The translations under genes and the position numbers were made by a program. Below the pieces are notes generated by a model. That model was not told where the DNA came from. It did not search any database and worked only from the letters and a program-made list of their open reading frames with translations. A stretch of 32,000 nt of DNA from Nostoc punctiforme PCC 73102 (GTDB taxonomy: Bacteria > Cyanobacteriota > Cyanobacteriia > Cyanobacteriales > Nostocaceae): NCBI RefSeq assembly GCF_000020025.1, contig NC_010628.1:6000001-6032000 (forward strand). The letters run 5' to 3'. Positions 8,676-17,693 of this stretch are shown in pieces (positions within the stretch are counted from its first letter, which is position 1; every line of letters starts with the position of its first letter).

Positions 8676-10886
8676 TTAGGAAATGCGTATATTGGGAAAC
8701 TTCAGTTCACCCTTACCATTCCGTAGCTTACCGCCGTAGGCATCGCTGCTATTTTTGTTGTAATAACCCTTCTGGCTGTAGTAAATAAAACCATTATCAG
8801 CAGTAACTCCATTCATCACCATTCCCAAAACACGCGATCGCGCTTGCTCAAGCATCATCTTCGTACTCTTAGCAACAGCACAATCAAGCACTCCAAGACG
8901 TACAACTAGCAATATCCCATCTGCCATCTTGCCCAGCATCAGTGCATCACCAAACAAACTCAAGGCAGGAGTATCAATAATGACACAATCATAGTCTTTG
9001 GCTGCCTCTTGAATTAACAAAGCCATGCGCTGTGAATCTAGCAATGCTGCGGGGTTCGGTGGAATTGTCCCAGCCGTCAGTAGATCCAAATTAACTAATA
9101 CTTCTTGAGTAGTGCGGCGAAACTCGGCTTGTCCAACTAAAACATTACTTAGTCCGGCTGGGTTAGATAATTTCCAAATTTCTTGTTGGCAGGAGTGACG
9201 CATATCCGCATCTACTAATAGGATTCTGCGTCCCATGTGTGCCTTAGCTACTGCCAGATTCGCTGCTACAAATGATCTGCCTTCACCTGGAGTTGAACTA
9301 ACTACGGCAATTACTTTTAGTGGTTTATCAGAGATGGTAAAATCCAGGTTTGTCTGAAGCATCTCAAAGGCTGAACTTGCTCCCGAATATGGATTATCTC
9401 TTACTGGCAGTTCAACTAAAGCTTCCCCACCATTTTTAGCTTTTTGACCCAAGTGAGGAATCGTACCGAGTAAAGGATAACCTAATAACTGCTGGGCTTG
9501 CTCAAGAGTTTTGAGGGATTGATCCATAGCCTCTAACATCAGAGCTAACCCTACACCCAGCAAAATTCCTACAAATCCACCTATCGCCAGGTAAAGGGCA
9601 ATTTTGGGAGAAACAGCTTTTTTAGGAAGTAAAGCCGCAGATACTACCCTGGCGTTACCGACATTCTGATTTACTACTACTTCGACTTCTTGCGATCGCT
9701 TCAGCAGTTCTTCATAGGTAGACCTCGCTACTTGCAACTGTCGCTCTAGCTGCTGCTGTTTTTCTTGCAGTTGGGGTAAGACACTCAATCGTCTTTGGGA
9801 AAGTGCGTATGCATTCTGCAAAACTGTAACTCGGTTAGTTAATGCTGACCGTTCTACATCCGACTGTACCAGTTGGGCCAGTAGAGTCTGCTTGAGTTCT
9901 CCCATCCCTAAATTCTGCGCTGGTACAGATTTTTCTCTGCCTGCATTCTCAAAAATTCGAGTCTCTAGCTGCTTTTTCAGGGCTGCTTCTTTTGCTAATA
10001 AATTAGCGATCGCAGGATGTTTGTCTGTATAGCGAGTCTGTTCTACTGCTAACTGATTTTGCACCTGCTGGTATTCTGTTAATACCTCCTGCACAGCTTT
10101 TGATTGAGTTAAATTCCCCATATCCACAGCCTGCTGCGAATTCAATCTCAATTGATGTTCCAGAAGTTGTGAGCGAGTCTCAGCATCCGTTAAATTTGCC
10201 TGAGCTTGGGTAATCTGGTCTGATAAATCCGCGAGTCTGTCAACTCCTTTTGCCGCTTCTTGGTCTAAGGCAATTACCCGATTTTCTTCTTTAAACCGAC
10301 GCAAAGCTGCCTCTGATTTGACTACCCTTGCTTCAACTTCAGGCAATTGCTTGCTCAAAAACCTCTGTGCCACTGTCGCTTGGGTTTGGTTAATGCGAAT
10401 ATTGTTCTCCAGGTAATATCTCATCAGCAAATTCACCACAGCTGCGGCTTCTTTGGGATTGCTACTGCTGTAGGAAATCGCCAAAATATCTGTACCCCGG
10501 ACACTCTTAATTTTGATTTTTTTGAGAAACTCATCTATTTCTAAGGGTGTTCCTTGCTTACCTACCAAGTTGAGACTAGTGATAGTTTTTTCAACTATCG
10601 GGTTAGAACGAATTACCTCTGCTTCTGTATCCAACGGGCTGCTGAGTTGAGTCACACTGCTCAACTCTCCAACTTGTGCCGAGGGACTTGTCAGCGAAGA
10701 AACGCGGTCAGTTTTACTGAAGAGCAACTTGCCTTCTGCTTCATAAATTGGTTTCTGTCTGATAGCAATTAAAGCTGACAGTCCAAAAACAGAGGCAGTC
10801 ACCGCAGCTATGACTAGCCAACGCCTTTTCACAATCAGCGAGTATTGTTGCAAATCTGGGGATTGGTCTTCTTGGTTAGAGGGCAT
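8676..10886 (-). CDS. wzc: Polysaccharide co-polymerase fused to a BY-type tyrosine autokinase (Wzc / GumC-like)
   Basis: An N-terminal TM helix plus Wzz-like region is followed by long coiled-coil Q/E-rich segments and a second TM (LYLAIGGFVGILLGVGLALML). The kinase domain has Walker A VSSTPGEGRS, Walker A' ILLVDADMR and Walker B CVIIDTPA. The C-terminal tail is Tyr-rich (FIYYSQKGYYNKNSSDAY). Confidence 0.9.
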   Translation of the reverse strand: MPSNQEDQSPDLQQYSLIVKRRWLVIAAVTASVFGLSALIAIRQKPIYEAEGKLLFSKTDRVSSLTSPSAQVGELSSVTQLSSPLDTEAEVIRSNPIVEKTITSLNLVGKQGTPLEIDEFLKKIKIKSVRGTDILAISYSSSNPKEAAAVVNLLMRYYLENNIRINQTQATVAQRFLSKQLPEVEARVVKSEAALRRFKEENRVIALDQEAAKGVDRLADLSDQITQAQANLTDAETRSQLLEHQLRLNSQQAVDMGNLTQSKAVQEVLTEYQQVQNQLAVEQTRYTDKHPAIANLLAKEAALKKQLETRIFENAGREKSVPAQNLGMGELKQTLLAQLVQSDVERSALTNRVTVLQNAYALSQRRLSVLPQLQEKQQQLERQLQVARSTYEELLKRSQEVEVVVNQNVGNARVVSAALLPKKAVSPKIALYLAIGGFVGILLGVGLALMLEAMDQSLKTLEQAQQLLGYPLLGTIPHLGQKAKNGGEALVELPVRDNPYSGASSAFEMLQTNLDFTISDKPLKVIAVVSSTPGEGRSFVAANLAVAKAHMGRRILLVDADMRHSCQQEIWKLSNPAGLSNVLVGQAEFRRTTQEVLVNLDLLTAGTIPPNPAALLDSQRMALLIQEAAKDYDCVIIDTPALSLFGDALMLGKMADGILLVVRLGVLDCAVAKSTKMMLEQARSRVLGMVMNGVTADNGFIYYSQKGYYNKNSSDAYGGKLRNGKGELKFPNIRIS

Positions 10887-11560
10887 GGAATATATTGCGA
10901 ATATTCTGAAATACTTACTAATTTTGCTTCAAAATTTTGGTAGCCCAAAATAGTTATTTGAACATACTTAAATATAATTACTTACAAATTATTTGTATAA
11001 AAAGTACTTAGTTCTTCTATAATTTTTGGATTACTTTCCTTTCTATACATCTTTTTAGTTTTATCCCAGAAACATTATCGAAATGTCAAGGTATTTTTTA
11101 TCTACTTTCTCTGAGATTTTATATTACTTTGATAAGTATTTAAATTAAATAAAACTTTAACCTTTACATAACCTTTTTGCTAGTATATAAAACTACATAA
11201 GCTAAATTAATAATCACTATCTTAATTGTATATATGGTTTAAAAATTTTTATTGATCGAGTATTACTACGTAAAGATTTTGCTTGCTCTGCTGTTATTGA
11301 CTTAACTAGTAATCACGCCTAGAGAAAAACGTAAACTCTTGCAAACAGGGAATATTAGATTACTGCATCCTTAATATTTTCAATATTTTATACTGCTTTA
11401 TTAACAGGATTTTACTATAATGAACAATCTTCTACCAAAATTATATCTATATGTCAATACGTATTTTTAAGTAAATTTATGTTAATTAAGTTTCAAGTTT
11501 ATATTGACGATATTCATAGCATCATGCAAATATAAAGCTTGGACAGCTAACCTTAGTAAG

Positions 11561-11579
11561 ATGTATGTATTACATACAT
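11561..11579. promoter_or_regulatory. 19-bp perfect palindrome ATGTATGTATTACATACAT, a candidate operator in the divergent EPS spacer
   Basis: Perfect dyad symmetry around T11570. It is flanked by GGACAG (11541-11546) and CTGTCC (11601-11606) and lies ~200 bp upstream of the sugar transferase start. No regulator can be assigned. Confidence 0.3.
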
Positions 11580-11779
11580 GCCACGTAAGCGCACTGACAA
11601 CTGTCCTTCCAGTCCATATATTCAATACCCAATTCTTTTGAAAAACAGAGTATTACAAAAGTTTGCAATCTATGTATGCTTTGAAACAAGAGAGCTAAAT
11701 TTTTATACTACTATCATTGAATCTCTTGCTGCCTTAACAAACAAATAAATACCAGGATACTGAAGAATCAGAAAAATCA

Positions 11780-13192
11780 ATGACTCTTACAAGTTATGTC
11801 AGTTCTCCTGCCAATACTAGGTTGCCCAACATAATCCGCAGCCTACCGATATTGCTCTTGTTAGGGGATATTTTTGGGTTGCTCATTTGTTTAGCGATCG
11901 CACAATGGTTGCGTTTAGATCAACCCTTACATTGGCTCAATCCATTGCCTTACGGATTTGTCTGCATGACACTTGCAGCACTTTATTTAGCAGATGCGTA
12001 CCATCCAGATCGGCAAATTGCAGGTTTAAGAGCGCCTGCTCGAATTATTGTTTGTAACATTGCGATCGCATTCTTTATTTCTGCCCTAATTTACTTGTCA
12101 GGTATTGGCAAACATAACCCAATATCGTGGCGGAGCGTCTTCTTACCTAGCATCGGGATCTTTACCATTTGGGCAGTAATATTGCGCGTAGTAGCAGTGA
12201 AATGGGTGCGATCGCACGCTTTGAAAAGTCGATGGTTGATACTAGGAGCAGAAGATAATGCCATTAAATTTGCACAGAAATTGCTGGTACTTAATCCTTT
12301 AGGAAAGTTGACTGTTCTAGCAGAAGAAAATCAAACAACCATAGACTTACCAAAAAGCAATCTGAGTTATCAGGGAAATCTGAGCGATTTGTTGCAATGG
12401 AGTCAAGAATCTTGGTCTGGGGTTATAGTTACAGCCCAGATAAATTTTTCCAAATCTCAAGCACAACAGTTAATGCAGATGCGATTGCGAGGAATTCCGG
12501 TTTACACATTGCCGGATGTTTACCAAACATTTTGGTATAAACTTCCTTCATTGCTGCTACAAGATAAATGGTTGGCTTTTAGTGATGGTTTTAACCTAAT
12601 GCCTGGTTACTTCAGTATGAAACTGAAGCGAGTTGTCGATCTCATATTGATCCTCTTTTTATTAGTATTAGTTGCACCACTTCTGTTGTTGGTTGCATTA
12701 CTAATTAGATTAGATAGTCCTGGCCCAGTATTGTACAGTCAGCAGCGAAGTGGGTTGTACGGTAAACCATTTAGAGTTTATAAATTTCGCTCCATGTATC
12801 AAGATGCAGAAAAGTCTGGGGCACAATGGGCAAGTCAACGCGATCCACGGATCACCAGAATCGGATACTGGCTACGTTTGTTGCGTATTGATGAATTACC
12901 CCAAATATGGAACGTCTTACAGGGTGAAATGAGTCTGATTGGGCCTCGTCCAGAACGGCCGGAATTTGATGTCAAACTTAAAGAAGCGATTCCCTACTAT
13001 GAAGTCCGCTATCTGGTCAAACCGGGAATTACAGGCTGGGCACAGGTTATGTATCCATACGGAGCATCTATCGAAGATGCTTACGAAAAGCTTTCTTACG
13101 ATCTGTATTACATCAAAAATTATTCCATTTGGTTGGATTTAGCGATCGCCTTCAAAACGATTCGAGTTGTTTTGTTAGGTAAAGGTAGATAA
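11780..13192 (+). CDS. Initiating polyprenyl-phosphate glycosyl-1-phosphate transferase (WbaP/EpsL-type large PGT, exopolysaccharide biosynthesis)
   Basis: 470 aa with N-terminal TM helices and a central linker domain. The C-terminal bacterial sugar transferase domain carries PGPVLYSQQRSG, FRVYKFRSM and DELPQIWNVLQGEMSLIGPRPERPEF. Confidence 0.9.
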   Translation: MTLTSYVSSPANTRLPNIIRSLPILLLLGDIFGLLICLAIAQWLRLDQPLHWLNPLPYGFVCMTLAALYLADAYHPDRQIAGLRAPARIIVCNIAIAFFISALIYLSGIGKHNPISWRSVFLPSIGIFTIWAVILRVVAVKWVRSHALKSRWLILGAEDNAIKFAQKLLVLNPLGKLTVLAEENQTTIDLPKSNLSYQGNLSDLLQWSQESWSGVIVTAQINFSKSQAQQLMQMRLRGIPVYTLPDVYQTFWYKLPSLLLQDKWLAFSDGFNLMPGYFSMKLKRVVDLILILFLLVLVAPLLLLVALLIRLDSPGPVLYSQQRSGLYGKPFRVYKFRSMYQDAEKSGAQWASQRDPRITRIGYWLRLLRIDELPQIWNVLQGEMSLIGPRPERPEFDVKLKEAIPYYEVRYLVKPGITGWAQVMYPYGASIEDAYEKLSYDLYYIKNYSIWLDLAIAFKTIRVVLLGKGR

Positions 13193-13202
13193 GGAAAAAG
13201 AA

Positions 13203-14219
13203 ATGAAAAAGAAAATATTGGTAACTGGCGGTGCTGGTTACATTGGCTCCCATGTAGTTCGTCAATTGGGGGAAGCTGGTTATGATGTCGTAGTCTACGA
13301 CAACTGCTCTACAAGTTCACCAGCATCCGTACTACACGGGAAATTAATTATTGGCGATTTAGTAGACACCGGGCATCTTTATCAAGTTTTTGCCCAGCAT
13401 GAATTCAGCGCAGTCTTACACTTCGCCGCTAGTCTGATTGTTCCAGAATCAGTAGCTCATCCCCTCGACTACTACGCAAACAACACCCGCAACACTTTAA
13501 ATTTGCTGCGCTGCTGTAGCGTTATGGGTGTTAACAAGTTCATTTTTTCCAGCACAGCCGCAGTGTATGGGGAAGTAGAAGAAAATCCTGTTACTGAGTT
13601 GAACCCTACACAGCCGATTAATCCTTACGGGCGTTCAAAGTTGATGAGTGAATGGCTGATCCAGGACTATGCGGCAGCATCTTCAATGCGCTACGTAATT
13701 CTACGTTACTTTAATGTAGCAGGTTCTGAACCACGTGGACTATTGGGGCAAATGTCTCCGAATGCCACTCACTTAATTCGGGCTGCTTGTGATGCGGCAC
13801 TCAAGCGTAAGCCAGAAGTACGAATTTTTGGTACTGATTTTCCTACGCCTGATGGAACCGCAATCCGAGACTATATCCACGTAGAGGATTTGGCGACTGC
13901 TCATTTAGATGCTTTGGATTATTTAGAAAAAAGAGGTGAAAGCCAAATTTTCAACTGCGGTTATGGGCAAGGATACAGCGTGCGACAAGTTATTGAGAGA
14001 GTCAAGGCTATTTCTGGTGTCGATTTTCCCGTTATTGCCGCACCACGTCGTCCGGGCGATCCTGCCTGTGTTGAAGCTTGTGCTGATAAAATCCGTAGAG
14101 TTTTGGGTTGGCAACCAAAGCACAATGATTTAGACGAAATTATCGATACAACTATTACTTGGGAAAAACATAAGAGTAACTTGGCAAGACAAAAGCATCT
14201 AAATATGGCATACGCATAA
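13203..14219 (+). CDS. galE: UDP-glucose 4-epimerase (extended SDR)
   Basis: It has the Rossmann motif VTGGAGYIGSH, SSTAAVYG and the catalytic YGRSK (YxxxK). At 338 aa the length is typical. It starts 10 bp after the PGT stop. Confidence 0.85.
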   Translation: MKKKILVTGGAGYIGSHVVRQLGEAGYDVVVYDNCSTSSPASVLHGKLIIGDLVDTGHLYQVFAQHEFSAVLHFAASLIVPESVAHPLDYYANNTRNTLNLLRCCSVMGVNKFIFSSTAAVYGEVEENPVTELNPTQPINPYGRSKLMSEWLIQDYAAASSMRYVILRYFNVAGSEPRGLLGQMSPNATHLIRAACDAALKRKPEVRIFGTDFPTPDGTAIRDYIHVEDLATAHLDALDYLEKRGESQIFNCGYGQGYSVRQVIERVKAISGVDFPVIAAPRRPGDPACVEACADKIRRVLGWQPKHNDLDEIIDTTITWEKHKSNLARQKHLNMAYA

Positions 14220-14307
14220 TTAAAACTTGGTACCTAATTAACCTTGTTTTTGGAATTTAGATAACTTGAATTCGACGGCTCATATAGTGTCCCTATAATT
14301 GACTCAA

Positions 14308-15039
14308 TCAAAAAATTTCCACGTTTAGATAGGCATTATTTTTAAATAAAGGCACGCAATTACTTATGTTAAAGGCGGCTGATAATTCAACATCTAACTC
14401 AAAACCTTTTTCAATCAACTCTTTACCCGAACTGCATTTTTTCAAGTACCCTAGTAAATCCTGCTGAAAAGCCTGAAATGTTGCCACAGCCACTTCAGCT
14501 TCTGGTGATAGACTGCCATCTAAATAACTGAGAATTGCCCCAGCACCAATCAAATCTTCAAATGCAGGACGTAAACTACCATCTTCTTTCCACCTCTCAC
14601 CGGCAGGAATTACAGCGATTTTGTCGCCATACTTTTGAGCAAACTGCGCTACAGCTTGGCAATTTCGCAAGCAACCAGCCAAAGTTAGTGTATTTCCTGT
14701 ATGTAAAGTCAGAAATGAACCATTAGGTGATGGTAAAACTAGTCTGGTTCCAGCAGGAATTTCAGCTACCGATTTTGGCGAGAGAGAATATCCAGTTGTA
14801 GTCCAACGTTGTCTATGACTTGCCAATTCTGCTTGTACTGACTTGGCATAATCTATGGCTGATTCATCTCTATATGCGTAGGGAAAAATTATCGCGCCGT
14901 TGTTGGTGGCAATTTCTACACAAGTAGAAAAAGAGAGAACATCAACTATCACAACTACATCACTAATGGGAGCAAGTTCAGCAACTCCTTGTGAACCCCA
15001 TTCACAGCGTAAATTAAACTCTGATTGGTTGTAAATCAT
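14308..15039 (-). CDS. 2-phosphosulfolactate phosphatase (ComB) family protein
   Basis: VVVIVDVLSFSTCV, LVLPSPNGS and IPAGERWKEDGSLRPAFEDLIGAGAI match my recollection of the ComB-like subfamily. The track start at 15060 is TTG; I prefer the ATG at 15039 (MIYNQSEF...). Confidence 0.6.
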   Translation of the reverse strand: MIYNQSEFNLRCEWGSQGVAELAPISDVVVIVDVLSFSTCVEIATNNGAIIFPYAYRDESAIDYAKSVQAELASHRQRWTTTGYSLSPKSVAEIPAGTRLVLPSPNGSFLTLHTGNTLTLAGCLRNCQAVAQFAQKYGDKIAVIPAGERWKEDGSLRPAFEDLIGAGAILSYLDGSLSPEAEVAVATFQAFQQDLLGYLKKCSSGKELIEKGFELDVELSAAFNISNCVPLFKNNAYLNVEIF

Positions 15040-15068
15040 GAGAGCGATCGCAAAAGACAATATGATAA

Positions 15069-15377
15069 CAAATCATTCAAGATATTTTAAGTAACCATTC
15101 CGCTAACGACGTGGCTAATGGTACAGAGGTTCAATTGTTGTTTGACGCAGAACGCCATCATTATCAAGTCTTAAATTTTGGCTGGAAAGAACAACGGAGA
15201 ATTTATGGAGTTATCATTCATGTTGATATAAAAGACAAAAAAATTTGGATACAAAGAGATGGTACATAAATCGGTATTGCTAATGAATTAATTGCTGGTG
15301 GAGTACCTAAAGAAGATATTGTATTAGGATTTCATGCTCCTTATAAACGCGAATTTACTGACTTTGCTGTTGGATAA
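15069..15377 (+). pseudogene. xisI: xisI-family gene remnant: N-terminally truncated, with an in-frame TAA
   Basis: The frame reads QIIQDILSNHSANDVANGTEVQLLFDAERHHYQVLNFGWKEQRRIYGVIIHVDIKDKKIWIQRDGT*IGIANELIAGGVPKEDIVLGFHAPYKREFTDFAVG*. This is clearly XisI-like. TAA at 15267-15269 sits where family members have Glu (GAA). About 10 N-terminal codons and any start codon are missing (stop at 15066-15068). No xisH partner is present. Confidence 0.8.
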
Positions 15378-15459
15378 GTAGTAGAAAATAAGCAATAGTA
15401 ATCTTTGCCTTAATCATCCACTATCCGCTAAACTCAGAAATGCTGCGTTATTCCTCATC

Positions 15460-16641
15460 ATGTCCGATTCTCAAACTGTTAGTGCTGCTGTTGCCAAACT
15501 CTACAATACCTACCCCTTTCCGCCGGAAGCCCTGTTGGATGAACCACCTCCAGGCTACAACTGGCGCTGGAATTGGCTAGCTGCTCATAACTTCTGCACA
15601 GGTCAAAAACCTCAAAAGCAAGATATTCGGATTTTAGATGCAGGTTGCGGTACAGGGGTAAGTACAGAGTACCTGGTTCATCTCAATCCCCAGGCTTCTG
15701 TTGTGGGGATTGATCTCAGTACTGGGGCTTTAGATGTAGCAAAAGAACGTTGTCAACGTTCTGGTGCTAACCGTGTTGAGTTTCATCACCTCAGCTTGTT
15801 TGATGTGGAACAGTTACCGGGTGAGTTTGATTTAATAAACTGTGTTGGCGTTTTGCACCATACTTCCGATCCGATTCGCGGTATTCAAGCCTTGGCGCAG
15901 AAGTTAGCCCCAGGCGGCTTGATGCACATTTTTGTGTACGGAGAGTTGGGACGCTGGGAAATTCAACTCATGCAAAAAGCGATCGCACTTCTGCAAGGTG
16001 ACAAAAAAGGCGACTACCGCGATGGTGTCCAAGTCGGACGACAAATATTTGCTTCCCTACCAGAAAATAACCGAATTGTCAAATACGAAAAGCAGCGTTG
16101 GTCATTAGAAAACCACAAGGATGAACACTTTGCCGATATGTACGTTCATCCCCAGGAAATTGACTACAACATAGAGACGCTTTTTGAATTAATTGATGCT
16201 TCGGGATTGGAGTTTATAGGTTTCTCGAATCCGAGTTTCTGGGATTTGGAGAGGCTTTTGAGCAAAGCACCAGAGTTAGTAGAACGGGCAAAAGAATTGA
16301 GCGATCGCCAGCTTTATCGCCTGATAGAATTACTAGATCCAGAAGTAACTCATTACGAGTTTTTCCTTGGTCGTCCTCCCTTAGTTAAAACTGACTGGTC
16401 AGACGACAAAGCTTTATTAGCAGCGATTCCCGAACTTAATCCTTGTATTGAAGGATTTCCCAGTCAATGCTTCTTTAACTACAATTACCAGATTGTTAAT
16501 TTATCTGAACCAGAGTTTGAATTTATGCAAAAGTGTGATGCGAATTCAACGGTTGCAGAGATTTTGGCTGATGTGCAACTAGGATTAGATGAAGTAAGAA
16601 AACTTCTTCAGCAGCAACTGATATTATTAGCACCTGCTTAA
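15460..16641 (+). CDS. Class I SAM-dependent methyltransferase with a C-terminal extension, substrate unknown
   Basis: It has SAM-binding motif I, ILDAGCGTGVST, then post-I VVGIDLS and LINCVGVLHH. It is 393 aa. Confidence 0.8.
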   Translation: MSDSQTVSAAVAKLYNTYPFPPEALLDEPPPGYNWRWNWLAAHNFCTGQKPQKQDIRILDAGCGTGVSTEYLVHLNPQASVVGIDLSTGALDVAKERCQRSGANRVEFHHLSLFDVEQLPGEFDLINCVGVLHHTSDPIRGIQALAQKLAPGGLMHIFVYGELGRWEIQLMQKAIALLQGDKKGDYRDGVQVGRQIFASLPENNRIVKYEKQRWSLENHKDEHFADMYVHPQEIDYNIETLFELIDASGLEFIGFSNPSFWDLERLLSKAPELVERAKELSDRQLYRLIELLDPEVTHYEFFLGRPPLVKTDWSDDKALLAAIPELNPCIEGFPSQCFFNYNYQIVNLSEPEFEFMQKCDANSTVAEILADVQLGLDEVRKLLQQQLILLAPA

Positions 16642-16687
16642 TCGGCCTCCAATTCAACACTGGCTTAATAAAAGCAATTTATACTTA

Positions 16688-16713
16688 TGGTGATGAGCGA
16701 TCGCCCATCACCA
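16688..16713 (+). terminator. HIP1-centred hairpin, a possible terminator of the methyltransferase gene
   Basis: TGGTGATG-AGCGATCGCC-CATCACCA forms an 8-bp perfect stem around a GCGATCGC core, followed by CTTTTGG. It lies 47 bp after the stop codon. The U-tract is weak. Confidence 0.35.
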
Positions 16714-17149
16714 CTTTTGGTAAATTAATGTAGATTAGGAAAGTGCCCAACAAACGGGTATTCTAAATCCCAAAAGTTGGAGTTTTCTGAAATTCAGCAG
16801 TGGTGCGCTGCTTAATGACAAGCCGCTACTCTCCGATTTCTGATTTGCGGTATGCCCATATACTCCTCAAGCACCAGTTGATTTTATTGACACCCAATTA
16901 CTTCAAACACCAAGATGCTATGTAAAGACTTTGGAGGACAATAATCTACTCAAAAAAGCTGGAATTGGAAGAAAATTTGAATTTTTCGGCAGCGATAATT
17001 TTGATTATTCACCCACACAGTCTTTTACATCATCAGCCGCTCTCTCGCTTCTGGAAGCGCGATTTTACTGACTGTGTAACGTTGCCAAGAAGTTAATTGT
17101 TTTTTCCTAAAGTATTGTTACCGGATCGTGATATGATTCAGCTGACTGA

Positions 17150-17632
17150 ATGTGCAGTCATCATAATTTAGCTGTACTGGTTTCAAGTCTCGTGAGCTTG
17201 TCAGACGAATCAATTGCGCCCACTCCGACAACGCAACAAGATGCTAAAACTGATTCTGGAGACACAGAATCAGGTAACTCTATGCAAGAGTTTTATCAAC
17301 TCTTCCAGCGATTGTTGGTAATCACGCTTGTCTTGACGGGGGTTATTTTTATCTCTGTGTGGATTTTTTATTCCTTAAACATTGCCCTAAATTATTTAAT
17401 TGGGGCGTGTACAGGTGTGGTTTACTTAAAAATGTTGGCTAGAGATGTTGAGCAGCTCGGTAGTGAGAAAGCCAGTCTGAGCAAAACTCGTTTTGCTCTG
17501 TTTATTGGAGTCATGATCGTAGCAACTCAATGGCGTGAGCTACAGATTTTGCCCATATTTTTGGGATTTCTAACTTACAAAGCCACGCTCCTCGTCTATA
17601 TGGTGCAAATTGCGTTCCTTCCTGATTCTTAA
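17150..17632 (+). CDS. atpI: ATP synthase protein I (cyanobacterial atp1 / bacterial atpI); start uncertain
   Basis: It is the first gene of the atp operon. The hydrophobic core reads [32 protein letters not shown]...[11 protein letters not shown]. The track start at 17150 may be too far upstream. Alternative starts are GTG 17192 (VSLSDES...) and ATG 17282 (MQEFYQ...). Confidence 0.7.
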   Translation: MCSHHNLAVLVSSLVSLSDESIAPTPTTQQDAKTDSGDTESGNSMQEFYQLFQRLLVITLVLTGVIFISVWIFYSLNIALNYLIGACTGVVYLKMLARDVEQLGSEKASLSKTRFALFIGVMIVATQWRELQILPIFLGFLTYKATLLVYMVQIAFLPDS

Positions 17633-17693
17633 AAAGTTCAGGCTCACAAAGATAGTAATCCCATCCTCGCTCGTTGGGGAAAATGCTTGAAGA

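Noticed and set aside
10347-10772. Plus-strand ORFs 10347-10544 and 10554-10772 inside wzc. The same applies to antisense or alternate-frame ORFs at 2059, 3838, 12750, 12939, 13923, 13936, 14535, 17511, 17792, 19132, 20194, 21288, 21767, 23184, 26524, 27285, 27304, 28376 and 29136
   Set aside because: All are fully embedded in strongly supported genes on the other strand or frame. They have no recognisable motifs, and their low-complexity or odd composition is typical of shadow ORFs.
11561-11579. NtcA binding site (GTA-N8-TAC) within the 19-bp palindrome
   Set aside because: The GTA and TAC triplets in the palindrome are separated by 9 nt (or by 1 nt), not 8. It therefore does not fit the canonical NtcA spacing and is kept only as an unassigned operator candidate.
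15040-15060. TTG start at 15060 for the ComB-like gene (MSFAIAL extension)
   Set aside because: An ATG seven codons downstream (15039) is the more conventional start. The TTG extension would also run into the xisI remnant boundary. This remains unresolved without homologue alignment.
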